Source: an uncultured delta proteobacterium (lineage in GTDB: Bacteria; Desulfobacterota; Desulfuromonadia; Desulfuromonadales; CAWANI01). From it: 64,000 bases of DNA. Both the position numbers and the translations under genes were made by a program. The stretch is from NCBI GenBank assembly GCA_963783365.1, contig CAWANI010000015.1, positions 10,951 to 74,950 of the forward strand, read 5' to 3'. Shown here one piece after another: positions 1 to 8,630 of the stretch (its first letter is position 1; each line of letters starts with the position of its first letter). Under the pieces are notes generated by a model. The model ran no database searches and was not told where the DNA came from. It saw only the letters and a program-made list of their open reading frames with translations.

Positions 1-226
1 CGACTGCGTCGATTACGTGGTGATTTTCGAGGAGGATACCCCCCTGGAGCTGATCCGGGCGCTGCAGCCCGAAATCCTGGTCAAAGGGGGAGATTACGCC
101 CCCGAAGAGGTGGTCGGCAGGGAAATCGTCGAGGGGAGTGGCGGCCGGGTGGAAATAATCCGCTTTGTCGATGGCAAATCGACGACCAACATCATTGAAA
201 AAATTCTCCAGCAGTATCGGGAATAA
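1..226 (+). CDS. hldE: D-beta-D-heptose 1-phosphate adenylyltransferase (RfaE domain II / HldE C-terminal domain), 3' fragment entering from upstream of the window
   Basis: Track ORF 17..226 ([23 protein letters not shown]...[13 protein letters not shown]) is a typical C-terminus of the cytidylyltransferase-type heptose adenylyltransferase. The frame is open to the window edge and gmhB follows. Confidence 0.8.
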   Translation, partial: DCVDYVVIFEEDTPLELIRALQPEILVKGGDYAPEEVVGREIVEGSGGRVEIIRFVDGKSTTNIIEKILQQYRE

Positions 227-230
227 CGCC

Positions 231-833
231 GTGACGCGTGACGCGGATGAACCTCGAACCTTGAAACTCGAACCTAAAAACAGAGCGGTCTTCCTCGACC
301 GGGACGGGACCATTAACGTCGAACGGGAGTATCTTTATCGCGTCGAGGATTTCCAATTTATCGAAGGGGCTCCGGGCGCCATCAAGCGTCTCCGGGACGC
401 GGGGTATCTGGTTGTGGTGGTGACCAACCAGTCCGGGGTGGCCCGCGGCTACTACACCCTGGACGATGTGGCGGCCCTGCACCGGTATATCCAGCAGCAG
501 CTTGTTGAAATCGGGACCGCGATCGACGCTTTTTACACCTGCCCGCACCATCCCTCGGCCGGCCGCGGAGAACTACGCCAAGCCTGCGATTGCCGCAAAG
601 GGAGTCCCGGAATGCTCTTGCAGGCGGCAGCCGAGCTGGATATCGACCTGGCGCGCTCTTTCATGATCGGCGACAAGCGGGTGGATATCGAAGCGGGGCG
701 GCGGGCCGGTTGTACCCCGCTGATGGTTTTGACCGGCTACGGCGTTCAGGAAGCGGAGTATCTCCCGGATGATGAGGTGTCTCTATTCGCGGATCTTAGC
801 GCCGCGGCGGATTACCTTCTTGGCGAGGGCTGA
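231..833 (+). CDS. gmhB: D,D-heptose 1,7-bisphosphate phosphatase (HAD superfamily)
   Basis: Track ORF 165..833 has the HAD motif FLDRDGTIN, VVVTNQSGVARG and the Cys-rich zinc loop CPHHP...CDCRKG typical of GmhB. The ATG at 165 overlaps hldE by 62 nt, so in-frame GTG 231 or TTG 261 is more likely. The start is uncertain. Confidence 0.85.
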   Translation: MTRDADEPRTLKLEPKNRAVFLDRDGTINVEREYLYRVEDFQFIEGAPGAIKRLRDAGYLVVVVTNQSGVARGYYTLDDVAALHRYIQQQLVEIGTAIDAFYTCPHHPSAGRGELRQACDCRKGSPGMLLQAAAELDIDLARSFMIGDKRVDIEAGRRAGCTPLMVLTGYGVQEAEYLPDDEVSLFADLSAAADYLLGEG

Positions 834-845
834 GACCTTGCCGGA

Positions 846-880
846 GGGATGAGAAATGAACGCTCATCCCGGTCTTCTTG
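846..880 (+). terminator. hairpin plus T-rich tail downstream of gmhB
   Basis: GGGATGAG (846-853) pairs with CTCATCCC (863-870) around a 9-nt loop, followed by GGTCTTCTT. Confidence 0.45.
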
Positions 881-988
881 CCAACTTCCCTAAATGTGGT
901 ACCTTGGTCTGGATTAGGTAGCTCTTATGTCATGTGAGGGCCGTGATTTAACGGGTTGGTATCCGCTTTTTCTAAGGAGGCTTTATTT

Positions 989-2305
989 ATGATCAGGGGA
1001 GATGCAATCAAGACGGGAGCGGCGAAAATCGCCATGGTCGGTCTCGGATATGTCGGCCTGCCTCTCGCTGCGGCCTTCGGCCGCCGGGCCGAGGTGATCG
1101 GATTCGACATCAGCGGTAAAAAGATCGAAGAACTCAGGCGGGGCATCGACGCCACCGGCGAATTGAGCGGCGAGGAACTCGGCTCGACGCGGATCGATTT
1201 TACCACCGATCCGGCCCGTCTCCGGGAAGCCCGGTTTCTGATCGTGACCGTTCCGACGCCCATCGACGATCACAAGAAGCCGGATTTGACGCCCGTCGTT
1301 TCGGCCTCTCGAACCATCGGACGGAACCTCTCTCCCGGATCGATCGTCGTCTACGAGTCCACCGTCTATCCCGGGGTTACCGAGGAGGTGTGCGTTCCCC
1401 TCCTCGAAAAGGAATCGGGGCTGCGTTGCGGGGTCGATTTCAAGGTCGGCTATTCCCCCGAACGCATCAACCCGGGGGACAAGGTCCACACCGTCGACAA
1501 AATCATCAAGGTCGTTTCCGGGCAGGATGCCGAAACCCTTGAAACGGTGGCCCAGGTTTATGAAATGGTCATTGAGGCGGGTATTCACCGCGCCTCCAGC
1601 ATCAAGGTCGCCGAGGCGGCCAAGGTCATCGAGAACACCCAGCGGGACCTCAACATCGCGCTGATGAACGAACTGGCGATTATCTTCAACCGCATGAACA
1701 TCTCGACGCGGGACGTTCTGGCAGCTGCCGGCACCAAGTGGAATTTTCTGAAGTTCACCCCCGGCTTGGTCGGCGGGCACTGTATCGGGGTCGATCCCTA
1801 CTACCTGACCTACAAGGCCGAGGAGATCGGGTATCAGCCTCAGGTGATTCTGGCCGGGCGGCGGATCAACGACGGCATGGGTAAATACGTGGCCGAAATG
1901 ACAGTCAAAAAGCTCATCCAGGCCGACAAGGCGGTCAAGGGGTCGCGGGTCCTGGTCCTGGGATTGACCTTCAAGGAAAACGTGCCGGATATCCGCAACA
2001 GCAAGGTGGTCGAGATTCTGCAGGAACTCAAGGAGTACGAGGTCGAGACCGTGGTGCACGACCCCGTTGCCTCTGCCGAGGAGGCCGAGGCCGAGTACGG
2101 GGTTTCTCTGATCGATCTGGAAAAAGCCGGGAAGGTGGATGCCGTTATCTGGGCGGTGGCGCATCGCGCCTTTGCAGAACTGACGCTCGCCAAACTCAGG
2201 TCGTTCTGCGCCAATGGCAACGGCCAGGGGGTTGTGATCGACGTCAAGGCGGTTCTCGACCGCCAAGAGGTCGAGGGCGAGGGGCTTTTGTACTGGAGCC
2301 TGTGA
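989..2305 (+). CDS. nucleotide-sugar dehydrogenase, UDP-glucose/GDP-mannose dehydrogenase family (TviB/WbpO-like UDP-N-acetylhexosamine 6-dehydrogenase)
   Basis: Track ORF 956..2305 has the N-terminal Rossmann motif KIAMVGLGYVGLPLA and the catalytic region GGHCIGVDPYY. ATG 989 is preceded by AAGGAGG at 974-980. Confidence 0.85.
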   Translation: MIRGDAIKTGAAKIAMVGLGYVGLPLAAAFGRRAEVIGFDISGKKIEELRRGIDATGELSGEELGSTRIDFTTDPARLREARFLIVTVPTPIDDHKKPDLTPVVSASRTIGRNLSPGSIVVYESTVYPGVTEEVCVPLLEKESGLRCGVDFKVGYSPERINPGDKVHTVDKIIKVVSGQDAETLETVAQVYEMVIEAGIHRASSIKVAEAAKVIENTQRDLNIALMNELAIIFNRMNISTRDVLAAAGTKWNFLKFTPGLVGGHCIGVDPYYLTYKAEEIGYQPQVILAGRRINDGMGKYVAEMTVKKLIQADKAVKGSRVLVLGLTFKENVPDIRNSKVVEILQELKEYEVETVVHDPVASAEEAEAEYGVSLIDLEKAGKVDAVIWAVAHRAFAELTLAKLRSFCANGNGQGVVIDVKAVLDRQEVEGEGLLYWSL

Positions 2306-2328
2306 GGCGGTCCCGGTCGGCTTTTCCT

Positions 2329-2357
2329 TTGCCAAACTATCTATTTTTTTGTATTCT
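2329..2357 (+). promoter_or_regulatory. candidate sigma70-type promoter (TTGCCA-17 nt-TATTCT)
   Basis: Read directly: TTGCCA 2329-2334, 17-nt spacer, TATTCT 2352-2357. Sequence match only. Confidence 0.3.
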
Positions 2358-2359
2358 CC

Positions 2360-2397
2360 CAGGCAGTCGGTGCCAGCCGGCTGCCTGAACTTTTTTT
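2360..2397 (+). terminator. rho-independent terminator-like hairpin (CAGGCAG...CTGCCTG plus T7)
   Basis: 7-bp stem 2360-2366/2381-2387 followed by AACTTTTTTT. It lies between the dehydrogenase stop (2305) and the ilvA start (2414). Confidence 0.7.
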
Positions 2398-2413
2398 AGA
2401 ACGGAATCAGAAT

Positions 2414-3922
2414 ATGCAGAAGATGTTGAAACGGATACTGACCTCGCGGGTCTACGAGGCGGCGGTGGAAACGCCTCTGGAGGAGGCCGCAGGACTTTCC
2501 GCAGACACGGGCAATCGCATTCTTTTGAAACGGGAAGACCTGCAGCCCGTTTTTTCCTTTAAAATCCGCGGGGCCTACAACAAAATCGCCCATCTCTCCG
2601 ACACCGAGCGGTCCCGAGGGGTCATCGCCGCCTCGGCGGGAAACCATGCCCAGGGAGTGGCTTTCTCCGCCCTGCGCCTGGGCATCCGCGCGGTCATCGT
2701 CATGCCGGTAACCACTCCCCGCATCAAGGTGGCGGCGGTCGAGGGATACGGTGCCGAGGTGGTCCTGCACGGGGACAACTATTCCGAGGCGGCCGATCAT
2801 TGCCAGAAACTCATCGAAGAGAAGGGGATGACCTTTATCCATCCCTTTGACGACGAGCTGGTGATCGCCGGTCAGGGGACCGTGGCGGATGAGCTGTTGC
2901 GCCAGAGCGCCGGGAAAATGAACGCGGTTTTCGTGCCGGTCGGCGGTGGCGGCCTGATCTCGGGGATCGGGGCCTACCTGAAGGCTTTATGCCCCGAAGT
3001 GCGCGTGATCGGAGTGGAACCCGTCGACAGCGACGCCATGGCCCGCTCTCTTGAGCAGGGCCGCCGGGTCCGCCTCGATTCGGTGGGGATTTTCGCCGAT
3101 GGGGTCGCGGTGCGGGAGCCTGGCAAGCTGACCTTCGACTATTGCCGACGATTTGTCGATGAAATCATCCGGGTCGATATCGACGAGCTGTGCAGCGCCA
3201 TCAAAAGCGTCTATCTTGCCACCCGTTCCATCGTCGAGCCGGCAGGAGCACTGGCCATGGCCGGGCTGAAAAAATACGTTCGCGACCGACAGGTCGACGG
3301 TCAGACCCTGGTGGCGATCAACTCCGGGGCCAACATGAATTTCGAGCGGCTGGGTTATGTGGCCGAGCGGACCCAGATCGGGGAGAAGCAGGAAGCCCTC
3401 TTCGCCGTCACCATCCCGGAAACGCCGGGATCCCTGAAACGATTCTGCACCGAGGTGGTCGGTGAACGGAACATCACCGAATTCAATTATCGGTTGGCCG
3501 GGCGGGAAAAGGCCTACATCTTCGTCGGCATCTCCGTCCGCAACGAAGAGGAGCGCCTTGCTTTTGGCCGGGAACTGGCGGACCATGGATTCGAAAATAG
3601 CGATCTGACAGACAACGAGCTGGCCAAGACCCACATCCGTTATATGGTGGGAGGGCGTTCATCAGAAGCCGATCAGGAGGTCCTTTACCGCTTCTGGTTC
3701 CCGGAGCGCCCCGGCGCCCTGGCCCGGTTTCTCGACGCCATGGGGACGAACTGGAACATTTCCCTGTTTCATTACCGGATGCAGGGCGGGGATTTCGGCC
3801 GGGTGCTGATCGGCCTGGAAATCCCGGGCGGAAATGAAGGGGCCCTCCGTATGTCTCTCGCCAAATTGGGGTATCGGTTCGTGGAGGAGACCCGCAACCC
3901 GGCCTACCGGCTGTTTCTTTGA
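2414..3922 (+). CDS. ilvA: biosynthetic threonine ammonia-lyase (threonine dehydratase) with C-terminal ACT-like regulatory domains
   Basis: 502-aa ORF. The PLP-lysine region LKREDLQPVFSFKIRGAYN and the length with tandem regulatory domains match IlvA. Confidence 0.9.
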   Translation: MQKMLKRILTSRVYEAAVETPLEEAAGLSADTGNRILLKREDLQPVFSFKIRGAYNKIAHLSDTERSRGVIAASAGNHAQGVAFSALRLGIRAVIVMPVTTPRIKVAAVEGYGAEVVLHGDNYSEAADHCQKLIEEKGMTFIHPFDDELVIAGQGTVADELLRQSAGKMNAVFVPVGGGGLISGIGAYLKALCPEVRVIGVEPVDSDAMARSLEQGRRVRLDSVGIFADGVAVREPGKLTFDYCRRFVDEIIRVDIDELCSAIKSVYLATRSIVEPAGALAMAGLKKYVRDRQVDGQTLVAINSGANMNFERLGYVAERTQIGEKQEALFAVTIPETPGSLKRFCTEVVGERNITEFNYRLAGREKAYIFVGISVRNEEERLAFGRELADHGFENSDLTDNELAKTHIRYMVGGRSSEADQEVLYRFWFPERPGALARFLDAMGTNWNISLFHYRMQGGDFGRVLIGLEIPGGNEGALRMSLAKLGYRFVEETRNPAYRLFL

Positions 3923-3938
3923 GAAAGATACGCAAAAA

Positions 3939-3966
3939 TCAAAGCAAATCCATCAAAGCAAATCCA
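3939..3966. repeat. perfect tandem duplication of a 14-mer (TCAAAGCAAATCCA x2)
   Basis: Read directly, 3939-3952 and 3953-3966, just after the ilvA stop. Confidence 0.9.
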
Positions 3967-4175
3967 GCTTTAACGCCCGTTCGCTTTGCTCTCTCAAGAC
4001 GCAAAGACGCCGAGGGCGAACCCCAAGGATAGTGCCGGATGAAATTCCTCCGCGCCTCCGCGTCTGCGCGTTAAAAATGCCCTTGCTTTTCAGATCCTTC
4101 GCAGGGCAGATGAGGGCGGGGCGAACTGTGGTAGAATTTAGCAGTAGGGAAACGAACAGAAGAGGAGGTGATCCC

Positions 4176-4370
4176 ATGGTGCGATTTTACGATCCAACGG
4201 ACGAGGCCGATCTGGCGCGCGTTGAAAGGGTTCTGAAAAGCGGCGGCATCGAATACTTCCTCAGGAACGAGTCCCAGAAGGGGATCGGGTCCCAGCAGAT
4301 CCACGTGGCGGAAGAAGACATGCCGAGGGCTGAGGAGCTGCTCCTGAAGGAGAAGCAGCGGTTGCACTAA
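4176..4370 (+). CDS. small DUF2007-like protein (putative signal-transducing, PII-fold-like)
   Basis: The 64-aa [35 protein letters not shown]... lies inside track ORF 3834..4370. ATG 4176 is preceded by AGAGGAGG (4161-4168). Confidence 0.6.
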   Translation: MVRFYDPTDEADLARVERVLKSGGIEYFLRNESQKGIGSQQIHVAEEDMPRAEELLLKEKQRLH

Positions 4371-4414
4371 ACAAATGGTTCCATCGTCGCTCTTGTTTAC
4401 CCTTTTTTGAGATG

Positions 4415-4456
4415 AAAGCCGATCGTATCCCTTCGGGGTGGTCGGCTTTTCCCTTT
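4415..4456 (+). terminator. hairpin terminator after the DUF2007 gene
   Basis: AAAGCCGA (4415-4422) pairs with TCGGCTTT (4443-4450). There is an inner CCC-TTCG-GGG stem and a T-rich tail. Confidence 0.5.
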
Positions 4457-4582
4457 CGTCGGGCTGAGGTGAACGACCCGTCCGCAAAAACCAATAATTT
4501 CAGCCTCAAAATAATTGACAGTTTTGCTCAGGTATGTTATCGATTGAAGGAAACCGGAGGAACATATCTTTGCCGAAGGAGG

Positions 4583-5284
4583 GTGAACGTGTTTGAAACT
4601 TTTAAAGAAGATTGTAAGGTGGTTTTTGAGCGCGATCCCGCAGCCCGGAGCGTTCTCGAAATAATCTTTTGCTATCCCGGCTTCCACGCGGTCCTTTTTC
4701 ATCGCCTTGCCCATGCCCTCTGGCAGCGCAAATTTTATTTTCTCGGTCGTCTGGTTTCGCATTTCGGGCGGTTTTTGACCGGCATCGAGATCCACCCCGG
4801 AGCCAAAATCGGTAAGGGATTCTTTATCGATCACGGCATGGGAGTTGTGATCGGGGAAACGGCGGAAATCGGCGAGAACTGCACCCTGTACCACGGCGTG
4901 ACCCTCGGTGGGACTTCCTGGGCCAAGGAGAAACGTCATCCTACCCTCGGCGACAACGTCATCATCGGTTCCGGTGCCAAGGTCCTCGGTCCCTTCAAGG
5001 TCGGGGACAACAGCAAGATCGGATCGAACTCCGTCGTCGTCAAGGAGGTTCCTCCCAACTCCACCGTCGTCGGGGTCCCCGGTCGGGTCGTCATGTCCGA
5101 GGGCCGGAAAACGGAAGAGAGGGCCGATCTCGAGCATGGCCGTCTGCCCGACCCCGAAGCGAAAGCCATTACCTGCCTCTTCGACCAGGTTCGGGAACTG
5201 GAACGCAAGGTTAACGAACTGACGAAAGCGCAGCAAACGAACCAGGACGAGTCGCCCCCTGCGGAACAGAGGGAGATCTCCTGA
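4583..5284 (+). CDS. cysE: serine O-acetyltransferase
   Basis: Track ORF 4412..5284 has hexapeptide-repeat acyltransferase sequence ([44 protein letters not shown]). The likely start is GTG 4583 or 4589 after GAAGGAGGG. The upstream part of the ORF overlaps the terminator. Confidence 0.85.
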   Translation: MNVFETFKEDCKVVFERDPAARSVLEIIFCYPGFHAVLFHRLAHALWQRKFYFLGRLVSHFGRFLTGIEIHPGAKIGKGFFIDHGMGVVIGETAEIGENCTLYHGVTLGGTSWAKEKRHPTLGDNVIIGSGAKVLGPFKVGDNSKIGSNSVVVKEVPPNSTVVGVPGRVVMSEGRKTEERADLEHGRLPDPEAKAITCLFDQVRELERKVNELTKAQQTNQDESPPAEQREIS

Positions 5285-5285
5285 G

Positions 5286-5711
5286 ATGCGCCTTTCGACG
5301 AAGGCCCAGTACGCCGTGCGGGCAATGGTAAGCCTCAATCTCATGGCCGCGGGCGCGCCCGTTTCAATCCGGGAGATCTCCCGGCGGGAAGATATCTCTC
5401 TGCCCTATCTGGAACAGCTCTTCGTCAAGCTGCGCCGCAGCCGGATCGTCAACAGCGTGCGGGGACCGGGCGGGGGTTATGTGCTGGCGCGGCCGGCGGA
5501 GGCCATCCGGGTCGATCAGATTATCGACAGCGTCGAGGAGACCCTGGTGCCGGTCTCCTGCATGGAAGAAGATGGCAGCTGCCGGTGTACGGATCACTGC
5601 GTCACTCACACGGTCTGGCAGGGGTTGGGGGAGAAGATCCGTCATTTTCTCGCGTCGATCACCCTGGATGACCTGACTCGGGAAGCCCAGGGGAAGATCG
5701 AATCCCTGTAG
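5286..5711 (+). CDS. iscR: Rrf2-family transcriptional regulator (IscR-like, three clustered Cys)
   Basis: MRLSTKAQYAVRAMV...ISLPYLEQLFVKLRRSRIVNSVRGPGGGY is the Rrf2 wHTH. The Cys cluster is CMEEDGSCRCTDHC. It lies directly upstream of nifS-nifU. Confidence 0.85.
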   Translation: MRLSTKAQYAVRAMVSLNLMAAGAPVSIREISRREDISLPYLEQLFVKLRRSRIVNSVRGPGGGYVLARPAEAIRVDQIIDSVEETLVPVSCMEEDGSCRCTDHCVTHTVWQGLGEKIRHFLASITLDDLTREAQGKIESL

Positions 5712-5762
5712 GGGTGGCCCCCTGGGGCCGCCCTGGGCAGGCACAGGGGCCTACCCCTACAG
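5706..5762. repeat. REP-like palindromic element (CTGTAGGGG...CCCCTACAG)
   Basis: Arms at 5706-5714 and 5754-5762 are exact reverse complements with a GC-rich interior. It sits in the iscR-nifS junction. Confidence 0.7.
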
Positions 5763-5794
5763 AGTTTGACCGCAATGAATATGGAGGAAAACTT

Positions 5795-7012
5795 GTGAAA
5801 CGCATCTACATGGACAACAACGCCACCACGCCCGTCCGTCCGGAAGTGCTCGAAGCGATGCTTCCCTTTTATCGGGAGCAGTTCGGAAACCCCTCGAGTG
5901 TCCATTGGGCGGGACAGGCCGTCGCCGGAGCCGTGGAGAAGGCCCGTGAACAGGTGGCAGACCTGATCAACTGTTCTCCGGCCGAGATTGTCTTCACCGC
6001 CTGCGGCAGTGAAGGGGACAATATGGCGATCAAGGGGACCGCCGATGCCCTGCGCGAAAAAGGCAACCATATCATTACCACCTCGGTGGAACATCCGGCG
6101 GTGCTCGAAACCTGCCGGTATATGGAAAAACAGGGATACGACGTCACCTTTCTGCCAGTGGATCGCGACGGCATGCTCGATCTGCAGGAGCTTGAGGCGG
6201 CGATCACCGACCGGACCATTCTTATCTCGGTGATGTGGGCCAACAACGAAACCGGCAATATCTTCCCCATTGAGGAGATCGGTAAAATCGCCCGCAAGTA
6301 CAAGGTGCGCTTCCACACCGACGCCGTGCAGGCGGTGGGCAAGATTCCGGTCGACGTGCAGAAGGCCAATGTTGATCTGCTGGTTCTCTCCGGCCACAAG
6401 ATCGGCGCCCCCAAAGGGGTCGGCGCCATCTACATCCGCCGCGGCACCAAACTGACTCCCCTTCTTCATGGCGGTCACCAGGAGCGTCACCGCCGGGCCG
6501 GCACCCATAACGTGGCCGGCATTGTCGGGCTGGGCCTGGCCTGCAAACTGGCCGGCGCCGAAATGGAGACGGTGATGGGAGGTATCCGCGCCCTGCGCGA
6601 CAAGCTCGAACGGGGCATCCTCGAGGCGATCCCCGAGGTCAAGCTCAACGGCCATCCCGACGGGGCGATGCGTCTTCCCAACACCCTCAATATCAGCTTT
6701 GCCTACATCGAGGGGGAGTCGCTGCTGCTCAACTTCGACATGCAGGGAATCGCCGCTTCCTCCGGCTCGGCCTGCACCTCCGGGTCGCTCGAGCCCTCCC
6801 ATGTCATGGGTGCCATGTGCGTCGACGTTGTGCTGGCTCACTCCAGTACCCGCTTCAGCCTCGGTCACGACAACACCGAGGAAGACGTCGACACCATTCT
6901 CGAGGTGCTGCCCCCTATCGTGCAGCGCCTGCGGGAAATGAGTCCCCTGTACAACCGCAAGGAACCGATGACCTGTGATGAGTGTCAGGTCGTTCGCAAG
7001 GTGTGTGAATAA
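5795..7012 (+). CDS. nifS: cysteine desulfurase (NifS/IscS class, PLP-dependent)
   Basis: Track ORF 5714..7012 has IYMDNNATTP, SGHKIGAPKGVGAIY (PLP Lys) and SSGSACTSG (active Cys). GTG 5795 follows GGAGGA (5783-5788). Confidence 0.9.
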   Translation: MKRIYMDNNATTPVRPEVLEAMLPFYREQFGNPSSVHWAGQAVAGAVEKAREQVADLINCSPAEIVFTACGSEGDNMAIKGTADALREKGNHIITTSVEHPAVLETCRYMEKQGYDVTFLPVDRDGMLDLQELEAAITDRTILISVMWANNETGNIFPIEEIGKIARKYKVRFHTDAVQAVGKIPVDVQKANVDLLVLSGHKIGAPKGVGAIYIRRGTKLTPLLHGGHQERHRRAGTHNVAGIVGLGLACKLAGAEMETVMGGIRALRDKLERGILEAIPEVKLNGHPDGAMRLPNTLNISFAYIEGESLLLNFDMQGIAASSGSACTSGSLEPSHVMGAMCVDVVLAHSSTRFSLGHDNTEEDVDTILEVLPPIVQRLREMSPLYNRKEPMTCDECQVVRKVCE

Positions 7013-7021
7013 AGGTAAAGG

Positions 7022-7051
7022 CCGTGACGCGTGACGAGTGACGCGTCACGG
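7022..7051. repeat. GTGACGCGTGACG-type palindromic repeat (CCGTGACGCG / CGCGTCACGG)
   Basis: 10-bp arms at 7022-7031 and 7042-7051, directly after the nifS stop. It shares the GTGACGCGTGACG core with 231-245 and 7459-7473. Confidence 0.75.
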
Positions 7052-7086
7052 GCGGAATCCATTCCGTTACGATTAAGGAGCTGCTT

Positions 7087-7455
7087 ATGTATACCGAAAA
7101 GGTGATGGATCATTTCAGCAACCCGCGCAATGTCGGTGAAATCGAGGATGCCGATGGCGTCGGCGAGGTGGGAAACGCCTCCTGCGGCGACATCATGAAG
7201 ATCTTCCTCAAGGTGGAGAACGATGTTATCAAGGACATCAAGTTCAAGACCTTCGGCTGCGGCGCCGCCATCGCCACCTCGTCGATGGTGACCGAGATGG
7301 CGATCGGCAAGACTCTGGACGAGGCGATGGAGCTGAGCAACGCGGCCGTCGCTGAAGCTCTCGACGGACTGCCGCCGCAGAAACTGCACTGCTCTAACTT
7401 GGCAGCCGATGCACTGCATGAGGCGATCAAAAATTATCGGGAGACGCACGGGTAA
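7087..7455 (+). CDS. nifU: Fe-S cluster assembly scaffold (IscU / NifU N-terminal domain type)
   Basis: The 122-aa ORF has the three scaffold Cys contexts GNASCGD, FGCGAAIA and LHCS. Confidence 0.9.
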   Translation: MYTEKVMDHFSNPRNVGEIEDADGVGEVGNASCGDIMKIFLKVENDVIKDIKFKTFGCGAAIATSSMVTEMAIGKTLDEAMELSNAAVAEALDGLPPQKLHCSNLAADALHEAIKNYRETHG

Positions 7456-7458
7456 GAG

Positions 7459-7525
7459 GGTGACGCGTGACGCGGAAATCGTGAATTCGTAACGGGTAGG
7501 GGCGCAGCATGTGCTGCGCCCCTAC
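7459..7525. repeat. composite intergenic repeat: GTGACGCGTGACGCG (7459-7473) plus GTAGGGGCGCAGCA/TGCTGCGCCCCTAC hairpin (7496-7525)
   Basis: Read directly. The 14-bp perfect arms are separated by TG. It lies between nifU and mnmA. Confidence 0.8.
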
Positions 7526-7547
7526 GGTTGTCTGGTGCGGCCTAATC

Positions 7548-8630
7548 ATGTCTGAAACCAAAAAACGTATCGTCGTCGCTATGAGCGGCGGAGTGGACTC
7601 GTCGGTGACCGCGGCCCTGCTCAAAGAGCAGGGGCACGAGGTGATCGGCATGACCATGCAGATCTGGGACTACTCGACCTTCACCGTCGACCACGGCGAG
7701 ACCTTCGGCACCTGCTGCTCCCTCGACGATGTTTACGATGCGCGGCGGGTGGCCGAGTCGATCGGCATTCCCTTCTACGTGGTCAACTTCGAAAACGACT
7801 TCCAGCGCACGGTGATCGACCGCTTCTGCGACGATTACTTTGCCGGTCGCACGCCCAACCCATGCGTACTGTGCAACCAGGTACTCAAGTTCGAGCTGCT
7901 GCTGCGCCGGGCGCGGGAGCTGGAAGCGGACCATCTGGCCACCGGGCACTATGCGCGGATCATCGCGGAGGACGATCGCTTCGCCCTGCGCAAGGGACGC
8001 GACCCGGCGAAGGACCAGAGCTACTTTCTCTTCACCCTCACCCAGGCGCAGATGGGTCGGGTCCTCTTTCCCCTGGGCGACATGACCAAGGAGGAAGTGC
8101 GTGCCCATGCCGCCCGCCTGCAGCTGCGGGTGGCCGAGAAGGCCGAGAGCCAGGACATCTGTTTTGTCCCCGATGGCGACTACGTCCGTTTTCTCGAGGA
8201 GGAACGGGGCAGCGGGCGGATGGACGGGGAGATCGTTCACGTTTCCGGCCAGGTGCTGGGACGCCATCTCGGCACCTATCGCTACACCATCGGCCAGCGC
8301 CGCGGCCTGGGTATCGCCTGGCCACAACCCCTCTACGTGACGGGGATCGACGCCGAGAACCGGCGGGTGGTGGTCGGCGAGAAGGAACATCTGTCGTGTG
8401 GCGAGCTGACCGTTCACAAGGTCGAATGGGGCGGTGCCGAGCCGTCCGAGCCACTGCGAGCCGCCTGCCGCATCCGCTACCGCCATCGCGAGGTTCCAGC
8501 CATGATCACGCCCCTTTCCGGCGGGCGGGCCAGGGTGCGCTTCGATGTCCCCCAGCAAGGGGTCACCCCCGGGCAGGTGGCGGTTTTCTACGAGGGGGAC
8601 CGGGTGCTCGGGGGAGGGTGGATCGAATGA
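7548..8630 (+). CDS. mnmA: tRNA 2-thiouridine(34) synthase
   Basis: Track ORF 7509..8630 has the PP-loop [11 protein letters not shown] and the overall MnmA pattern (TPNPCVLCN). ATG 7548 avoids the repeat. Confidence 0.9.
   Translation: MSETKKRIVVAMSGGVDSSVTAALLKEQGHEVIGMTMQIWDYSTFTVDHGETFGTCCSLDDVYDARRVAESIGIPFYVVNFENDFQRTVIDRFCDDYFAGRTPNPCVLCNQVLKFELLLRRARELEADHLATGHYARIIAEDDRFALRKGRDPAKDQSYFLFTLTQAQMGRVLFPLGDMTKEEVRAHAARLQLRVAEKAESQDICFVPDGDYVRFLEEERGSGRMDGEIVHVSGQVLGRHLGTYRYTIGQRRGLGIAWPQPLYVTGIDAENRRVVVGEKEHLSCGELTVHKVEWGGAEPSEPLRAACRIRYRHREVPAMITPLSGGRARVRFDVPQQGVTPGQVAVFYEGDRVLGGGWIE

Noticed and set aside
983-2335. 450-aa ORF antisense to the UDP-sugar dehydrogenase. The same pattern recurs in other long antisense or offset ORFs: 5642..6868, 7542..8558, 8588..9667, 13549..15168, 16377..18623, 20081..21799, 21803..23443, 25762..26778, 26523..27761, 43481..45820, 44485..45807, 50299..52248, 55104..56444 and 56601..57593.
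   Set aside because: These are shadow ORFs typical of high-GC DNA. Their translations are Arg/Gly/Pro/Asp-rich low-complexity sequence with no recognisable domains. Each fully overlaps a gene with clear family motifs on the other strand or frame.
7862-8626. 255-codon N-terminal extension of the mtaB ORF (track ORF 7862..9985).
   Set aside because: It lies out of frame inside mnmA and is a Pro/Arg/Gly-rich translation. The MtaB homology starts at ATG 8627, which overlaps the mnmA stop.
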